From Hadesarchaea archaeon (GTDB taxonomy: Archaea > Hadarchaeota > Hadarchaeia > Hadarchaeales > WYZ-LMO6), in the NCBI GenBank assembly GCA_029259185.1, contig JAPDJF010000042.1, forward strand, positions 1 to 54,748: a stretch of 54,748 bases of DNA, given 5' to 3'. Positions 54,644 through 54,748 of the stretch are shown in pieces. The notes beneath the pieces were generated by a model, which saw only the letters and a program-made list of their open reading frames with translations, did not search any database and had not been told where the DNA came from. Every line of letters starts with the position of its first letter. Position 1 is the stretch's first letter. The position numbers and the translations under genes were made by a program.

Positions 54644-54748
54644 ATACACACTTTTGGTGACATTTCTTTGTCGGGGACGCCTCTGGGACAGAGGTCTCCG
54701 TAAAGGGTCCCGTGCTGGAGTTCCCCAAGCCGTGAAGGCACGGTCGGA
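54632..54748 (+). mobile_element. IS200/IS605-derived mini-element, copy 2 (left end missing, truncated by window end)
   Basis: Matches 33970-34085 with a few differences in the first 35 nt and is identical over the last ~80 nt. Confidence 0.88.

Overview
Archaeal chromosomal segment. The EF-1alpha is euryarchaeal-type (no GEFEAG insert), rpoB is unsplit, and two methanogen-associated marker genes are present. A Hadarchaeota-like lineage is my inference, not something the sequence proves. Core content: a tRNA-Tyr/5S/tRNA-Asp/tRNA-Lys cluster; the rpoH-B-A'-A''-L30e-nusA-S12-S7 operon; EF-1alpha-S10-tRNA-Ser; archease and an intein-containing RtcB; the L3-L24 ribosomal operon running directly into a his cluster; and assorted metabolic genes (apgM, IDH, Re-citrate-synthase-like, rtcA, nadM, thiC, fumarase, queE/queD, rsmA). 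The most unusual signals are: (1) a 1.29-kb tnpB-only element bounded by terminal inverted repeats and a target-site duplication, which are DDE-type ends rather than IS200/IS605 or IS607 ends; (2) a TTTAA-anchored IS200/IS605 family that includes a protein-free ~186-bp omegaRNA-like mini-element present twice; (3) three tRNA genes carrying five introns, three at non-canonical positions, one pair needing ordered splicing; (4) an unannotated stand-alone 18-aa Lys-rich ORF; (5) nested IS607/IS110 debris where EF-2 normally sits. All calls come from reading the sequence by eye; no searches were run.
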